From assembly GCA_964369945.1 (NCBI GenBank), contig CAYJHO010000005.1, positions 1 to 63,673 on the forward strand: DNA of 63,673 nt, written 5' to 3'. Position 1 is the first letter of the stretch, and each line of letters begins with the position of its first letter. Source of the stretch: an uncultured Lachnospiraceae bacterium (lineage in GTDB: Bacteria > Bacillota > Clostridia > Lachnospirales > Lachnospiraceae). A program made the position numbers and the translations under genes. The notes under the pieces are model-generated. The model was not told the origin of the DNA. It did not search any database and saw only the letters and a program-made list of their open reading frames with translations. Positions 45,065 through 55,702 of this stretch are shown here, piece by piece.

Positions 45065-45080
45065 TTATGTTGTCCTCCTA

Positions 45081-45117
45081 TAAAAAATGGATTGCAAGAA
45101 ATTAATCTCTTACAATC
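45081..45117 (-). terminator. Attenuator terminator immediately upstream of the ABC-F RBS
   Basis: On the minus strand, GGAUUGUAAGA-GAUUAAUU-UCUUGCAAUCC forms an 11-bp stem with one G-U pair. AUUUUUU follows, then UAUAGGAGG and the ATG. Confidence 0.7.
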
Positions 45118-45242
45118 CACATGAATATAGAGGGACCTAGTAGTCCCTTATACATTGGAAATGAAAAATGATTACTTTCTTGCAAAGGCACAACAAAATA
45201 AAAGGGATTTAATCCCTAAAAATTTTATGTTGTACCAATTAA

Positions 45243-45263
45243 TTAGCAAGAAAAATTATACAT
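45243..45263 (-). CDS. Candidate 6-codon leader peptide MYNFSC
   Basis: On the minus strand the sequence reads AGGAGA-N8-ATG TAT AAT TTT TCT TGC TAA. It lies between the promoter and the attenuator hairpins. Confidence 0.4.
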   Translation of the reverse strand: MYNFSC

Positions 45264-45300
45264 TTATTCATCTCCTATCTTTTCTTTTAATATTTATTTG

Positions 45301-45329
45301 ATTCTAGCATAGGGGTGCAAAAGAGTCAA
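45301..45329 (-). promoter_or_regulatory. Sigma-A promoter TTGACT-N17-TAGAAT for the ABC-F leader
   Basis: On the minus strand, TTGACT lies at 45329-45324 and TAGAAT at 45306-45301, with a 17-nt spacer. Confidence 0.6.
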
Positions 45330-45336
45330 CAGATTT

Positions 45337-45510
45337 TTAAGTGGAAAGTTGTTGTGGGAATTTAACGACTTTAGCATTATTACCTTGCATTCCTTCTTCA
45401 AAAAGACAAAATTCAAAGCCTTCTGGCAAAAGTGGACTTGGGATTTTCGAAATGTCTTCTGATTTGATTTCCATAATAATATTTTTATACGGGATAGATT
45501 TATTTAACAT
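45337..45510 (-). pseudogene. 57-codon ORF resembling only the N-terminal segment of a GNAT acetyltransferase (possible gene remnant)
   Basis: On the minus strand, AAGGAG-N8-ATG begins MLNKSIPYKNIIMEIKSEDISKIPSPLLPEGFEFCLFEEG. This matches the usual N-terminal pattern of a Clostridial GNAT family. The ORF then stops after 57 codons, just before the ABC-F promoter. It falls below the ORF-track length cutoff. Confidence 0.3.
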
Positions 45511-45570
45511 AGGTAAGTCTCCTTTAGAAAAAAATAGTATATTATCTTAGTGTTGTCATTGAATGAAAGC

Positions 45571-46569
45571 CTAACAATCCTTTAAGGAAGAAACAGAATC
45601 CCTAATAACTAAGCTAGGTCTAAGCAAGGTTTGACTGATGGGAATCTGCTGCATCAAAGAATCTAGGCTAGAAAAAGCAATTCTCCCTAAATTACTCCTG
45701 TCTTGGTTGATGGTGGTAAGTGCTGGGGTGATATGCGCAGAAATCGGCAAATCGTCAAAACCAATAATACTTAAATCATCAGGTACATGCAAAGCTAAAT
45801 GATGACAGGCATCAATGGCTGCTAAGGCTAGTTGATCACTGCTACACATAATGGCTGTAAGTTCTAAAGCGTGAAAACGCTCCACGAAAGTTTGAACATC
45901 CTCAGTTGCAAAGCGGGTATATTGAATTTGCCCCTCGAATAATACAATATCGAATTGTTTACAAGCTTTTTCGAAAGCTTCGGTTCGATAAATACTAATC
46001 ATGGAATCGCTATCGCCATTTAGAAAACCGATTCTTGTATGTCCTAGATTTGATAAATGTTCTATGGCAGAGCGCAAAGCTTGGGTATTATCAGTTCCAA
46101 TGGAAGCAACATTAGGGTTTTCAGGTTGTAAATTATCTAAAATGACAGTAGGGATAGTAGTTTTATTCAAGTCGTTAATCCAAGGGTCATTGAGGCGAAA
46201 TCCTATAAAGAAGGCTCCACGAAAGCCACGGCGGATCATATAGGCATCATAGCTTTCCTTTTCCTGTATGGCAAGAGAGCAGTTAACAATTTCTACATTA
46301 AAGTCATTTCGTAGAGCAGCTTGCTTAAAGCCCATAATAAGTTCGTAGCCAAATTGATTTGTAGTATGGTAATCTACATTCTCTACAAAGACGCAAAGAG
46401 TAGAATTCACTTTGTTTCGCATTTTTTTTGTTGTATATCCGACTGCAATGGCAGTATCTATAATTTTTTTTCGTAATTCTTCGCTGATATCATTGGCGCC
46501 ATTTAAGCCTTTTGATACTGTTCCTGTAGAAACACCTAGAATTTCAGCGATTTCTTTCATATTGGCCAA
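45571..46569 (-). CDS. LacI-family transcriptional regulator (maltose/maltodextrin locus)
   Basis: The helix-turn-helix is MANMKEIAEILGVSTGTVSKGLNG. A sugar-binding-fold C-domain follows. It is divergent from malQ. Confidence 0.85.
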   Translation of the reverse strand: MANMKEIAEILGVSTGTVSKGLNGANDISEELRKKIIDTAIAVGYTTKKMRNKVNSTLCVFVENVDYHTTNQFGYELIMGFKQAALRNDFNVEIVNCSLAIQEKESYDAYMIRRGFRGAFFIGFRLNDPWINDLNKTTIPTVILDNLQPENPNVASIGTDNTQALRSAIEHLSNLGHTRIGFLNGDSDSMISIYRTEAFEKACKQFDIVLFEGQIQYTRFATEDVQTFVERFHALELTAIMCSSDQLALAAIDACHHLALHVPDDLSIIGFDDLPISAHITPALTTINQDRSNLGRIAFSSLDSLMQQIPISQTLLRPSLVIRDSVSSLKDC

Positions 46570-46679
46570 AAGTTTATATCCTCCTCAACTTCGGTAATAT
46601 ACTATTGAAATGATATAGTTCTAGAACTTATTATATACGAATAAAAATAGAAAGGGAAGTATAAAGTTAAAGTTTCGTA

Positions 46680-46696
46680 GTTTTTTCGGAAAAAAC
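46680..46696. promoter_or_regulatory. Perfect 17-bp palindrome GTTTTTTC-G-GAAAAAAC in the LacI/malQ divergent region
   Basis: The arms at 46680-46687 and 46689-46696 are exact reverse complements. An imperfect TTTCG/CGAAA extension flanks them. Confidence 0.35.
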
Positions 46697-46833
46697 GAAA
46701 GTTTTACATAAGTAAAATAATAAAAATATAGGTTTATATTGACAAAGTAGCTATAAAAGTGGTATTTTTTAAGAAAGTACTAAAATTTACGAAAATTTAG
46801 TGCTACTGGGAGAACATATATTAAGGAGAAGCT

Positions 46834-48411
46834 ATGAGAACAAGTGGGATTTTAATGCCAATTTTTAGTTTACCATCAAAGTATGGGATTGGCTGTGCTT
46901 CAAAGGAAGCATATGAATTTGTAGATTTTTTAAAAAGAACTGGACAGACATATTGGCAGATTTTACCGATAGGACCAACAAGTTATGGAGATTCACCATA
47001 TCAATCCTTTTCTACATTTGCAGGAAACCCTTATTTTATTGATTTAGAACAACTAATCAAAGAGGGTCTACTTACTAAAAAGCAATGCGATGGATATGAT
47101 TTTGGAAGTAACGAAGAATATATAGATTATGAGAAATTATACTTTGCGCGTTTTGAGTTGTTAAAGGCAGCATTTTTAAAAGCGGATAAAGAAGAAGAGG
47201 CCTATGTAGAATTCAAGGCAAATAACAAGACTTGGTTAGCTGATTATTCTTTGTTCATGGCATTAAAGGACTTTAATGATGGCATTAGTTGGTTAGAGTG
47301 GCCTATGGATATGCGAATGAGAGACTCTTATGTGATGGAGGGTTACCAAAAGGAATTAGCAGAAGAAATTGAATATTATAGTTATGTACAATATCTATTC
47401 TTTAAGCAATGGATACAATTAAAGACTTATGCAAATGATAAAGGAATCAAGATTGTTGGTGATATTCCAATTTATGTTGCCGGAGACAGTGCTGATACTT
47501 GGGCAAATCCAGGTTTATTCCAATTCAAAGTAGATGGAAGTTTAAAGGCAGTTGCAGGTTGTCCACCAGATGCTTTTGCTGTTACAGGGCAATTGTGGGG
47601 CAATCCGCTCTATGACTGGAAAGTGCATAAGGCAGAAGAGTATCGCTGGTGGATTCAAAGAATCTTACACTGTGAACTATTATTTGATGTAATTCGTGTA
47701 GATCATTTTAGAGGTTTTGATGAGTATTACTCGATTCCAGCAAAAGATAAGACTGCAGAGTTTGGGACTTGGAAAAAGGGACCAGGCTATGACTTATTTA
47801 AGCATATTAATAAGAATGTAAAGAACTTGGATTTCATTGCGGAGGACTTAGGATTTTTGACAGACTCTGTAAGAGATTTGGTTGAGAAAACTGGATATCC
47901 AGGCATGAAGATTTTGATTTTTGGCTTTGATCCTTATGGTAACAGTGAATACTTACCACATAACTATGGGAAGAATTCTATTGCATATACAGGCACTCAT
48001 GACAATGAGACTGCCGTAGGATACTTTATGAGTCAAAACTTTGAAACGAAGAAATTTATCTTAGATTATCTTAATATACCACATGAAGTACAAGTGGAGA
48101 AGGTAAAAGGAAAGAAAGTTTCTAGCATTCTAAAGGAAGAAGAAATTGTTAGTCACATTCATTTAGACTTGATTCGTTCTGTGATGATGAGTGTTTCTAA
48201 TACTTGTATTATACCATTCCAAGATTATCTAGGAATGGATAATAGCGCTCGTATCAATATCCCTTCTACCGTTGGTGGTAACTGGGGATGGAGAGCAACG
48301 AAAAAGCAATTTACAAAAGAACTTGAAGCAGTGGTGCTACAACTAACAAAAATTAGTTCAAGAGATAGAGTTGAAATGAAAAAAGATGATTTAGTAGTAG
48401 AGGAAAAATAG
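46834..48411 (+). CDS. malQ: 4-alpha-glucanotransferase (amylomaltase, GH77)
   Basis: The ORF contains [34 protein letters not shown] and YTGTHDN. Confidence 0.95.
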   Translation: MRTSGILMPIFSLPSKYGIGCASKEAYEFVDFLKRTGQTYWQILPIGPTSYGDSPYQSFSTFAGNPYFIDLEQLIKEGLLTKKQCDGYDFGSNEEYIDYEKLYFARFELLKAAFLKADKEEEAYVEFKANNKTWLADYSLFMALKDFNDGISWLEWPMDMRMRDSYVMEGYQKELAEEIEYYSYVQYLFFKQWIQLKTYANDKGIKIVGDIPIYVAGDSADTWANPGLFQFKVDGSLKAVAGCPPDAFAVTGQLWGNPLYDWKVHKAEEYRWWIQRILHCELLFDVIRVDHFRGFDEYYSIPAKDKTAEFGTWKKGPGYDLFKHINKNVKNLDFIAEDLGFLTDSVRDLVEKTGYPGMKILIFGFDPYGNSEYLPHNYGKNSIAYTGTHDNETAVGYFMSQNFETKKFILDYLNIPHEVQVEKVKGKKVSSILKEEEIVSHIHLDLIRSVMMSVSNTCIIPFQDYLGMDNSARINIPSTVGGNWGWRATKKQFTKELEAVVLQLTKISSRDRVEMKKDDLVVEEK

Positions 48412-48455
48412 TAGAAATATACGAGAGTATAGGATTGAATTTGGAGGAGAAATAC

Positions 48456-50705
48456 ATGAAACAACAGTTAGAACAAATTATGGGAGTGTCAATTAAAGAT
48501 GCAACAACCGCACAAATCTATGATGCATTACTAACTTGCACAAAAGAAGCAGCAAAAGGAAAAGCTATGCCAACAGGGGATAGAAAGTTATACTACATTT
48601 CGGCAGAATTCTTGATTGGAAAGCTATTATCTAATAACTTAATTAACTTAGGTGTTTATGATGAAGTGGCAGAACTGTTATCTGCTAACGGTAAAAACAT
48701 CGCAGATATTGAAGAGTTCGAGCCAGAACCATCATTAGGAAATGGTGGACTTGGACGTTTAGCAGCTTGCTTTTTAGATTCTATTGCTAGCTTAGGATTA
48801 AATGGAGATGGGATTGGATTAAATTATCACTATGGTCTTTTTAAGCAAGTATTTAAAAATAACATGCAACATGAAACACCAAATCCTTGGATTGAGGAAA
48901 ATTCTTGGTTAACTAAAGTAGAAGGACAATTTACAGTACCATTTAATGGATTTAACTTAAGTTCTACCCTTTATGATATTGATGTATTTGGCTATGAAAA
49001 TGGCGTAAATAAATTACACTTATTTGATATTGATAGTTTAGATGAAACTATGGTAGATGGTGGGATTAGCTTTGATAAAGCAGAAATCGCAAAGAACCTA
49101 ACTCTATTCCTATACCCAGATGATAGTGATAAAGCAGGCGAATTATTACGTATTTACCAACAATACTTTATGGTAAGCAGTGGTGCTCAATATATTTTAA
49201 GAGAATATGCTAAGACAGGAAATGAATTAAAAGATTTACACAAGCATGTAGCAATTCAAATCAACGATACACATCCTTCTATGGTAATTCCTGAGTTAAT
49301 TCGTCTATTGACAGCAGAAGGAATTAGCTTTGCTGATGCAGCAGAGATTGTATCAAAAACTTGTGCTTACACAAACCATACTATTTTAGCAGAAGCATTA
49401 GAAAAATGGCCTCTATCATTCTTAGAAGAAGCAGTACCACACTTAGTGCCAATTATCAAAGAATTAGATGCTATGGTTAATAAAAAGTTTGGAAAAGCAG
49501 AACTTTCTATTATCGATGAAACTAATAGAGTTCATATGGCAAGAATGGATATGCATTTCTCTTATAGCATCAATGGAGTAGCATATCTTCATACAGAAAT
49601 TTTAAAGAATGAAGAATTAAAAGATTTCTATGCGATTTATCCAGAGAAATTCAACAACAAAACAAACGGAATTACTTTCCGTAGATGGTTATTACACTGC
49701 AACAAAGCACTAGTGAAATGGTTAGATGCTAAGATCGGACCTGAGTATAGACAAGATGCTATGAAACTAGAAGAATTGTTAAAACTAGAAGTGACACCGG
49801 AAGTATCGGAAGAACTATTGGCAATTAAGACAGAAAATAAAGTAAAGCTTGCGAAATATATCGAAGAAAAAGAAGGAATTAGCATTGATCCAAATTCCAT
49901 TTTTGATATTCAAATCAAGAGATTACATGAGTACAAGCGTCAACAAATGAATGTACTTTATATCATTCAAAAGTACTTAGATATTAAAGCAGGCAAGCTA
50001 CCTGAAACACCAATTACCTTTATTTTTGGAGCAAAAGCAGCACCAGCTTATATTATTGCAAAAGATATTATTCATGCAATTCTTTGCTTACAAGAAATCA
50101 TTAATAATGATCCAGTGGCAAGCAAATACATCAAGGTTGTTATGGTTGAAAACTACAATGTTTCTTATGCAGAACGTTTGATTCCAGCTTGTGATGTATC
50201 AGAGCAAATTTCACTGGCATCGAAAGAAGCAAGTGGAACAGGAAATATGAAGTTTATGTTAAATGGGGCAATCACTCTTGGAACAGAAGACGGTGCAAAT
50301 GTTGAAATTCACGAATTAGTTGGAGATGAGAATATCTATACATTCGGAGAAGATTCAGATACTGTAATTGAGAAATATAAAGAAAGTTCTTATAAAGCGG
50401 TAGATTATTATATTGAAGATGCACAGATTAGAGAATGGATTAATTTCTTGATCTCTCCTGAAATGCTATCTGTGGGTAACACATATATGTTATTACGTCT
50501 ACATGCAGAGTTAATCCAAAAAGACTGGTTTATGACGCTGTTAGATGTAAAAGACTATATTAAAACAAAAGATGAAGCCTTTGCTGATTATACAGATCGT
50601 TATACTTGGTCTAAGAAAATGATTGTAAACATTGCAAAAGCAGGATTCTTCTCTTCGGATAGAACGATTGCTGAATACAATGAAGATGTATGGAAATTAA
50701 GATAA
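48456..50705 (+). CDS. glgP: Glycogen/maltodextrin phosphorylase (GT35)
   Basis: The ORF contains [19 protein letters not shown] and the PLP-lysine region [22 protein letters not shown] precedes the ATG at 48456. Confidence 0.95.
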   Translation: MKQQLEQIMGVSIKDATTAQIYDALLTCTKEAAKGKAMPTGDRKLYYISAEFLIGKLLSNNLINLGVYDEVAELLSANGKNIADIEEFEPEPSLGNGGLGRLAACFLDSIASLGLNGDGIGLNYHYGLFKQVFKNNMQHETPNPWIEENSWLTKVEGQFTVPFNGFNLSSTLYDIDVFGYENGVNKLHLFDIDSLDETMVDGGISFDKAEIAKNLTLFLYPDDSDKAGELLRIYQQYFMVSSGAQYILREYAKTGNELKDLHKHVAIQINDTHPSMVIPELIRLLTAEGISFADAAEIVSKTCAYTNHTILAEALEKWPLSFLEEAVPHLVPIIKELDAMVNKKFGKAELSIIDETNRVHMARMDMHFSYSINGVAYLHTEILKNEELKDFYAIYPEKFNNKTNGITFRRWLLHCNKALVKWLDAKIGPEYRQDAMKLEELLKLEVTPEVSEELLAIKTENKVKLAKYIEEKEGISIDPNSIFDIQIKRLHEYKRQQMNVLYIIQKYLDIKAGKLPETPITFIFGAKAAPAYIIAKDIIHAILCLQEIINNDPVASKYIKVVMVENYNVSYAERLIPACDVSEQISLASKEASGTGNMKFMLNGAITLGTEDGANVEIHELVGDENIYTFGEDSDTVIEKYKESSYKAVDYYIEDAQIREWINFLISPEMLSVGNTYMLLRLHAELIQKDWFMTLLDVKDYIKTKDEAFADYTDRYTWSKKMIVNIAKAGFFSSDRTIAEYNEDVWKLR

Positions 50706-50715
50706 TAAGATAAAG

Positions 50716-50755
50716 AAAATCCCTAGAAAATAGTAACTTATTTTCTAGGGATTTT
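50716..50755. terminator. Bidirectional intrinsic terminator
   Basis: AAAATCCCTAGAAAATA...TATTTTCTAGGGATTTT is a 17-bp perfect inverted repeat between convergent genes. Confidence 0.85.
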
Positions 50756-50761
50756 GTATGT

Positions 50762-52921
50762 CTAATATTTATCTTGGTTAAACACTGGTTCTGGATTGTG
50801 AAGCCATTCTGCTTCTGCTTGTGCACGGGAATGAGGAGTGTGTGGAGTAGCAGTAGGAACAGTTGAAGAAGTAGTAGGTATCTCTTCTATTTGTGCTACA
50901 TTTGTGCTAATACTAGTGCCAACAGCATGTAACTGAAATTGAGATACAATCTGCTTTAACTGCTCGGAATGTGCAGTAAGCTCTTCGCTAGATGCAGCAG
51001 CTTCTTCAGCAGTAGCAGTATTGGTAGCTACTACGGAAGCGATTTGTTCCACATGTTCTGCAATATCTTTGATGGCAGACATTTGAACATTGGTGTTAGT
51101 CACAATGCTGTGTACCATATCTGTAGTCGTTCCATACTTCTCTAGCACGGTAGAGAGAGAACTCGAGGTAGATTGGGTGGCATTCATTCCTTCTTCAATG
51201 GTTAGGATAGATTGCTCAATCAAATTAGAAATTGCCTCGGAAGCATCGGCAGTCTTTGTGGCTAATTCTCGAACTTCATTTGCTACTACAGCAAAGCTTT
51301 TGCCTGCAGTGCCAGCTCTAGCAGCTTCCACTGCTGCATTTAGGGCTAAGATATTTGTCTGGAAGGTAATGGTGTCTATTGTTTTGGTAATACCATTAAT
51401 TTCATCGGATTTTTGTTTGATATTTGCCATAGCAACTTCTAATATTTGCATCTGCTCGTGACAAGTGTTTAGGGCACTAGAAGATTCGCTTGTATGCTTA
51501 GCAGCTAGGCTTGCTTCATCGTTATTTTGTGTGATTTGTGCTTTGATAGTTCCAATAGTGCTAACCAAATCTTCAATTGCAATACTTTGGGCTTGAGCAC
51601 CTTCTGAAAGGATTTGTGCCCCACCAGATACTTGTTCTGCCCCTTGGTGGACTTCGTTAGAGATATTGGAAATATCACTTAATAGCTTGGCTAACTTTGT
51701 AATAAATTCGTTAATTGATATCTTGATTGAGGCAAAAGATCCAAGGAATTCCTGATGGATTGTAGCCGATAGATCTCCTTTTGCTAAGTCTGCCATAGTT
51801 TGGTCAATGACTGATACATAAGAGGAAAGATGATCGGTAGTTTCCTTTAAGGAAGCTACAATTTCTGAAATTTCATCGTTTCCACGATAAATTACATCAC
51901 TACCCTGTTCTAATTCACCTTTTCCTAGGTATTGAACATTACTATTAATAGAAGAAATTGGCTTTAGTTTCTTGCTGATCAATATGGAAAAGACAATTGT
52001 CATAATCACGACAGTACAGCCTAATAGGAACACTAGTTGAACAGTTGCAATAAAAGTGTCTTGATAAAATTCTGTTTCAGATACTCCAATCAAGAGTTTC
52101 CAACCATAAGTAGTTGTACTAACAAGTCCCATCATATTGGTTCCGTCTTGTTCATAAGGAAAAATGGCATTAGTAGTAGCATTAACCTCAGCGGCTAAAT
52201 CACTTCCTGCTAACCCGATAGTACTATAATCACTGCCGATAAAGTTAGAATCTGAATAGGACATGATGCTATTCTCGGAAGACAATAAGATACTACTTCC
52301 TGTATCTAAGTAGTTTTGAGCTCCTAATAATATAGATACTTCCTCTAAACTTAAATCAATCACGACAAGGCCCACTGCTTCTCCTGCATGAAGAATTGGT
52401 TGAGAAATAGAAACTACCATATGTCCAGTATAAGCATCTACATAAGGTTGTGAAACAGCTAGAGATTTATTCGTAACGGCATTAAAAATAACACTTTCTT
52501 TGAGGGAATATCCGTCGGATACACGTACACCACCTTGGATATATACAACATCCTCCGCAACAGATCCGACTCCAAAATTTAAGATTTCTGGATACATAGA
52601 TTGGGTACTGGTTAAATGATCACTAACACGTTGGTAACTAGGAAGACTATCGTAGTGCAAAAGTGATGTGCTATCTCCTAGATCACTTGCTAGTTCCGTG
52701 TCATTAGCGAGTAAGTTGGCAATGACAACAAAGTTGTTTACATAAGAGTTAATTTCTGAAACCATACTATTTTGAACAGCAAAAAAGTATTCTTCCTGCT
52801 TTTTTGTCATAGAATTAGATAGCATAAGGCTTTGTACAAAGGCTGTAATAATACACAAAATAGTAATAATACTTACACAGTAAGCAGTCAAAACAAAGGA
52901 CAATTTCTTATTTTTCTTCAC
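50762..52921 (-). CDS. Methyl-accepting chemotaxis protein with a large extracytoplasmic (Cache-like) sensor domain
   Basis: The layout is an N-terminal TM, an extracytoplasmic region of about 270 aa, a second TM, a HAMP-like segment and an MCP signalling domain ([20 protein letters not shown]). Confidence 0.9.
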   Translation of the reverse strand: MKKNKKLSFVLTAYCVSIITILCIITAFVQSLMLSNSMTKKQEEYFFAVQNSMVSEINSYVNNFVVIANLLANDTELASDLGDSTSLLHYDSLPSYQRVSDHLTSTQSMYPEILNFGVGSVAEDVVYIQGGVRVSDGYSLKESVIFNAVTNKSLAVSQPYVDAYTGHMVVSISQPILHAGEAVGLVVIDLSLEEVSILLGAQNYLDTGSSILLSSENSIMSYSDSNFIGSDYSTIGLAGSDLAAEVNATTNAIFPYEQDGTNMMGLVSTTTYGWKLLIGVSETEFYQDTFIATVQLVFLLGCTVVIMTIVFSILISKKLKPISSINSNVQYLGKGELEQGSDVIYRGNDEISEIVASLKETTDHLSSYVSVIDQTMADLAKGDLSATIHQEFLGSFASIKISINEFITKLAKLLSDISNISNEVHQGAEQVSGGAQILSEGAQAQSIAIEDLVSTIGTIKAQITQNNDEASLAAKHTSESSSALNTCHEQMQILEVAMANIKQKSDEINGITKTIDTITFQTNILALNAAVEAARAGTAGKSFAVVANEVRELATKTADASEAISNLIEQSILTIEEGMNATQSTSSSLSTVLEKYGTTTDMVHSIVTNTNVQMSAIKDIAEHVEQIASVVATNTATAEEAAASSEELTAHSEQLKQIVSQFQLHAVGTSISTNVAQIEEIPTTSSTVPTATPHTPHSRAQAEAEWLHNPEPVFNQDKY

Positions 52922-53053
52922 ATGTGTTCTCCTTGCGTTTTTTTTATATTATACTATGGAATTTCATTAATTTGCAATATAATATTTCATTAATTGACAG
53001 TATATGATACAATAAGCTATATTCTTATGTACAATTTAGAGGAGGCGGAACTT

Positions 53054-53785
53054 ATGAAATCAAAACATGTAATTGCGCTTATTGTAGTATTGTTGTTTTG
53101 CGCAGCAACAGCCATTCAATTTTATTTGTACCATGCCAATAATCAGATTGATTTAGATAATGATATGTATCGAAACGAAGATACGAGAGTTTGGCAATTA
53201 TACTTTCAGACCGAAGTTCCAGAGGATAGTATCTATGCTACGATTAAGACATCTTTAGGGGATATCGAGCTGATTTTATATCCTTCAGAAGCACCAAAGA
53301 CGGTAGAAAATTTTGTAACTTTGGCAAAGGAAGGCTATTATGATAATTCTGATTTTCATAGAATCTTAGAGAAGAATTTTGTTCAAGGTGGGAAACCGGA
53401 AGGCGATAGTGGGAACGGTGAAAGTATATGGGGAGAAGAGAGTTTTGAGTTAGAAACAGAAAATGATTTATACCATTTTGAAGGTGCAATCTCTATGGCA
53501 GGTTTAGCGAGAGATTATAGTTTTGGAAGTCAGTTCTTTATTGTGACTAGTGATGAGACATTAGAAGGAGCTATTTTGCAGGGGGATAGAAATGGTTGGG
53601 CACAAGAAGCGCTAAGGCTTTATGAAAGAGTTGGGGGAATGTTACATTTAGACGATACCCATCCAGTCTTTGGATATGTGATAGATGGGATGGATGTGAT
53701 AGATGAAATTTCCAATGTTTCTTTTGATGACTTAGGAAAACCAGATGAAAGAATTACGATTGAGACAATTGAAATTATAGAGTGA
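53054..53785 (+). CDS. Cyclophilin-type peptidyl-prolyl cis-trans isomerase, membrane-anchored or secreted
   Basis: The N-terminal hydrophobic anchor is VIALIVVLLFCAATAI. Cyclophilin motifs FHRI, GAISMA, GSQFFI and VFGYVIDGMDV are present. GAGGAGG precedes the ATG at 53054. Confidence 0.85.
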   Translation: MKSKHVIALIVVLLFCAATAIQFYLYHANNQIDLDNDMYRNEDTRVWQLYFQTEVPEDSIYATIKTSLGDIELILYPSEAPKTVENFVTLAKEGYYDNSDFHRILEKNFVQGGKPEGDSGNGESIWGEESFELETENDLYHFEGAISMAGLARDYSFGSQFFIVTSDETLEGAILQGDRNGWAQEALRLYERVGGMLHLDDTHPVFGYVIDGMDVIDEISNVSFDDLGKPDERITIETIEIIE

Positions 53786-53788
53786 TAG

Positions 53789-53833
53789 AAAAACAGCGAT
53801 TAAAAAGAAACATACTTTTTAATCGCTGTTTTC
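53789..53833. terminator. Bidirectional intrinsic terminator
   Basis: AAACAGCGATTAAAAAG...CTTTTTAATCGCTGTTT is a 17-bp inverted repeat between convergent genes. Confidence 0.85.
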
Positions 53834-55585
53834 TTAGTCTACTTCGTAGATTAAGATACCATTTGGTAGTAATTGATTGTCTTTACATTTGTGAGAAAGA
53901 AGAGGGGTTCCTTCTGGAACAAAGGTAAGAGCTTCTGTGGAACAATTCATCAGAATGTGTAGGTTTTTTCCTAGGTATTCTACTTTTGTAAACTCTAGAA
54001 CACGCGGATTTTCATATTGGTTTGTAAAGTGAAAGTTTCTACTTTTTGCCATGGGATGATTTTTTCTAAGTTGAATTAAGGATTGCACAAAGCGGAAGGT
54101 TTTTTCGAATCTATTCTCTTCTATTTGTGTCCAAGGCATACAACGTCTGCAGTCTGGGTCATGGCTCCCTTTCATTCCTATTTCAGTACCATAATAGATA
54201 CATGGGCTTCCCGGCATCATAAAGAGCAGGGTTAATGCTTGATAAAATTGATCTTCATTTGATAAGGTGGATGCCAATCTTTTGGTATCATGGGAGTCTA
54301 ATAAGTTAAAAAGTACATCATTGGTTTGTTGCATATACCTAGTAAAGCAATTGTTTACATTATGTTCAAAATTTATCTTATCCATATCGGTTTGCAACCA
54401 AAAGTTTAAGATGGTAGTTCCGAGAGGATAGTTCATAACAGAATCAAACTCATCGCCTCGAAGCCAAGGCATAGAATCATGCCAAATTTCGCCTAGAATA
54501 TAAAAATCAGGCTTTAATTTCTTTAACTCTTTGCGTAATTCTTTACAAAGGATATGTGATATTTCATTGGCAACATCTAAGCGTATTCCATCAATATCAT
54601 AGGTCTCTAGCCAATATTTACAAACATCAACGAAGTATTGTATTACTTCAGGATTATTGGTATTTAATTTAGGCATTCCATCAACAAAAGCGAAGCTATA
54701 ATATTGACCCTTGTGGGCTGCCATTTTAGTGAAAGGCCATTCATTTACCATAAACCAATCAAAATACTTTGATTTCGGACCATGTTCTACCACATCTTGC
54801 CAAGGGGCAAAAAGGGTACTGCAATGATTGAAAACCCCATCTAACATAACGCGAATGCCTTTGGCATGTGCAGAAGCTACAAGAGTTTTAATACTAGCAT
54901 CATCCCCAAAATGAGGATCAATGGTTTTGTAGTCATGAATATCATACTTGTGACTCGATGGAGAATGGTGAATAGGCGTTAAGTAGAGTCCAGTAATTCC
55001 TAAATTCTCTAAATAGTCTAGTTTATCTGTAATTCCTTGTAAATCTCCACCAAAAAATTCGGTATTTTTTACAGAACCTTTTTCTCGCCAAGGCAATACA
55101 AAGGAAGGGCTGATATCAGGATTTCCATTGTGGAATCGTTCTATGAAAATTTGGTACCATACAGTATCATTTACCCAAGATGGGGTTTGGAAAATATCTC
55201 CTTGATTCATCCAAGGGAAAACAAAAAATTGTTTACTATCCTTCTTTTCTTGTAATTCTTCAGGTGTTAGAAATCCATCTTCAAAATAATAGATACATTC
55301 AGTGTCAGATTTTAATTCGAAATAATATTTAGCTCGTTTAAACTCTGGTGATACCGTGGTTGTCCAGAAAAGGTGATGTTCAAGGTTCTTTTTGAAAAAT
55401 ACTGAATGCTGTTGGCCATCCCATCCTTCTCCGCCACCTAGGATTCCGTTTTTGAACGGATCTCCAATAATTAGATTGACTTCATTTACATCGTATCCAG
55501 TTTTAATATTAATAATTAATTCATCCGCATTTAAAGGGTAACAGTAATTGTCATAGGCTCTATGATAAATGGATGTTAGATTCAT
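53834..55585 (-). CDS. GH13 alpha-amylase-family enzyme of the neopullulanase / cyclomaltodextrinase type (intracellular)
   Basis: The GH13 conserved regions are present: DGVFNHC, GIRLDVANE, ILGEIWH and LLDSHD. There is an N-terminal CBM/E-set-like domain and no signal peptide. Confidence 0.9.
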   Translation of the reverse strand: MNLTSIYHRAYDNYCYPLNADELIINIKTGYDVNEVNLIIGDPFKNGILGGGEGWDGQQHSVFFKKNLEHHLFWTTTVSPEFKRAKYYFELKSDTECIYYFEDGFLTPEELQEKKDSKQFFVFPWMNQGDIFQTPSWVNDTVWYQIFIERFHNGNPDISPSFVLPWREKGSVKNTEFFGGDLQGITDKLDYLENLGITGLYLTPIHHSPSSHKYDIHDYKTIDPHFGDDASIKTLVASAHAKGIRVMLDGVFNHCSTLFAPWQDVVEHGPKSKYFDWFMVNEWPFTKMAAHKGQYYSFAFVDGMPKLNTNNPEVIQYFVDVCKYWLETYDIDGIRLDVANEISHILCKELRKELKKLKPDFYILGEIWHDSMPWLRGDEFDSVMNYPLGTTILNFWLQTDMDKINFEHNVNNCFTRYMQQTNDVLFNLLDSHDTKRLASTLSNEDQFYQALTLLFMMPGSPCIYYGTEIGMKGSHDPDCRRCMPWTQIEENRFEKTFRFVQSLIQLRKNHPMAKSRNFHFTNQYENPRVLEFTKVEYLGKNLHILMNCSTEALTFVPEGTPLLSHKCKDNQLLPNGILIYEVD

Positions 55586-55702
55586 AATTTTCTCCTTTTT
55601 GGTATAACATTAATATTATGGTAAATGAAGTTTATGTATTTATCTTGCATTTTTCTATCAAATTATAGTACAATACTATCAAAGTGAGAAAGTGGAGAAC
55701 AA

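Noticed and set aside
45341-45550. A 69-aa plus-strand ORF in the track.
   Set aside because: It has no RBS and its sequence is low-complexity. The opposite strand carries a better-supported ORF (45337-45510) with an RBS and a recognisable N-terminal pattern.
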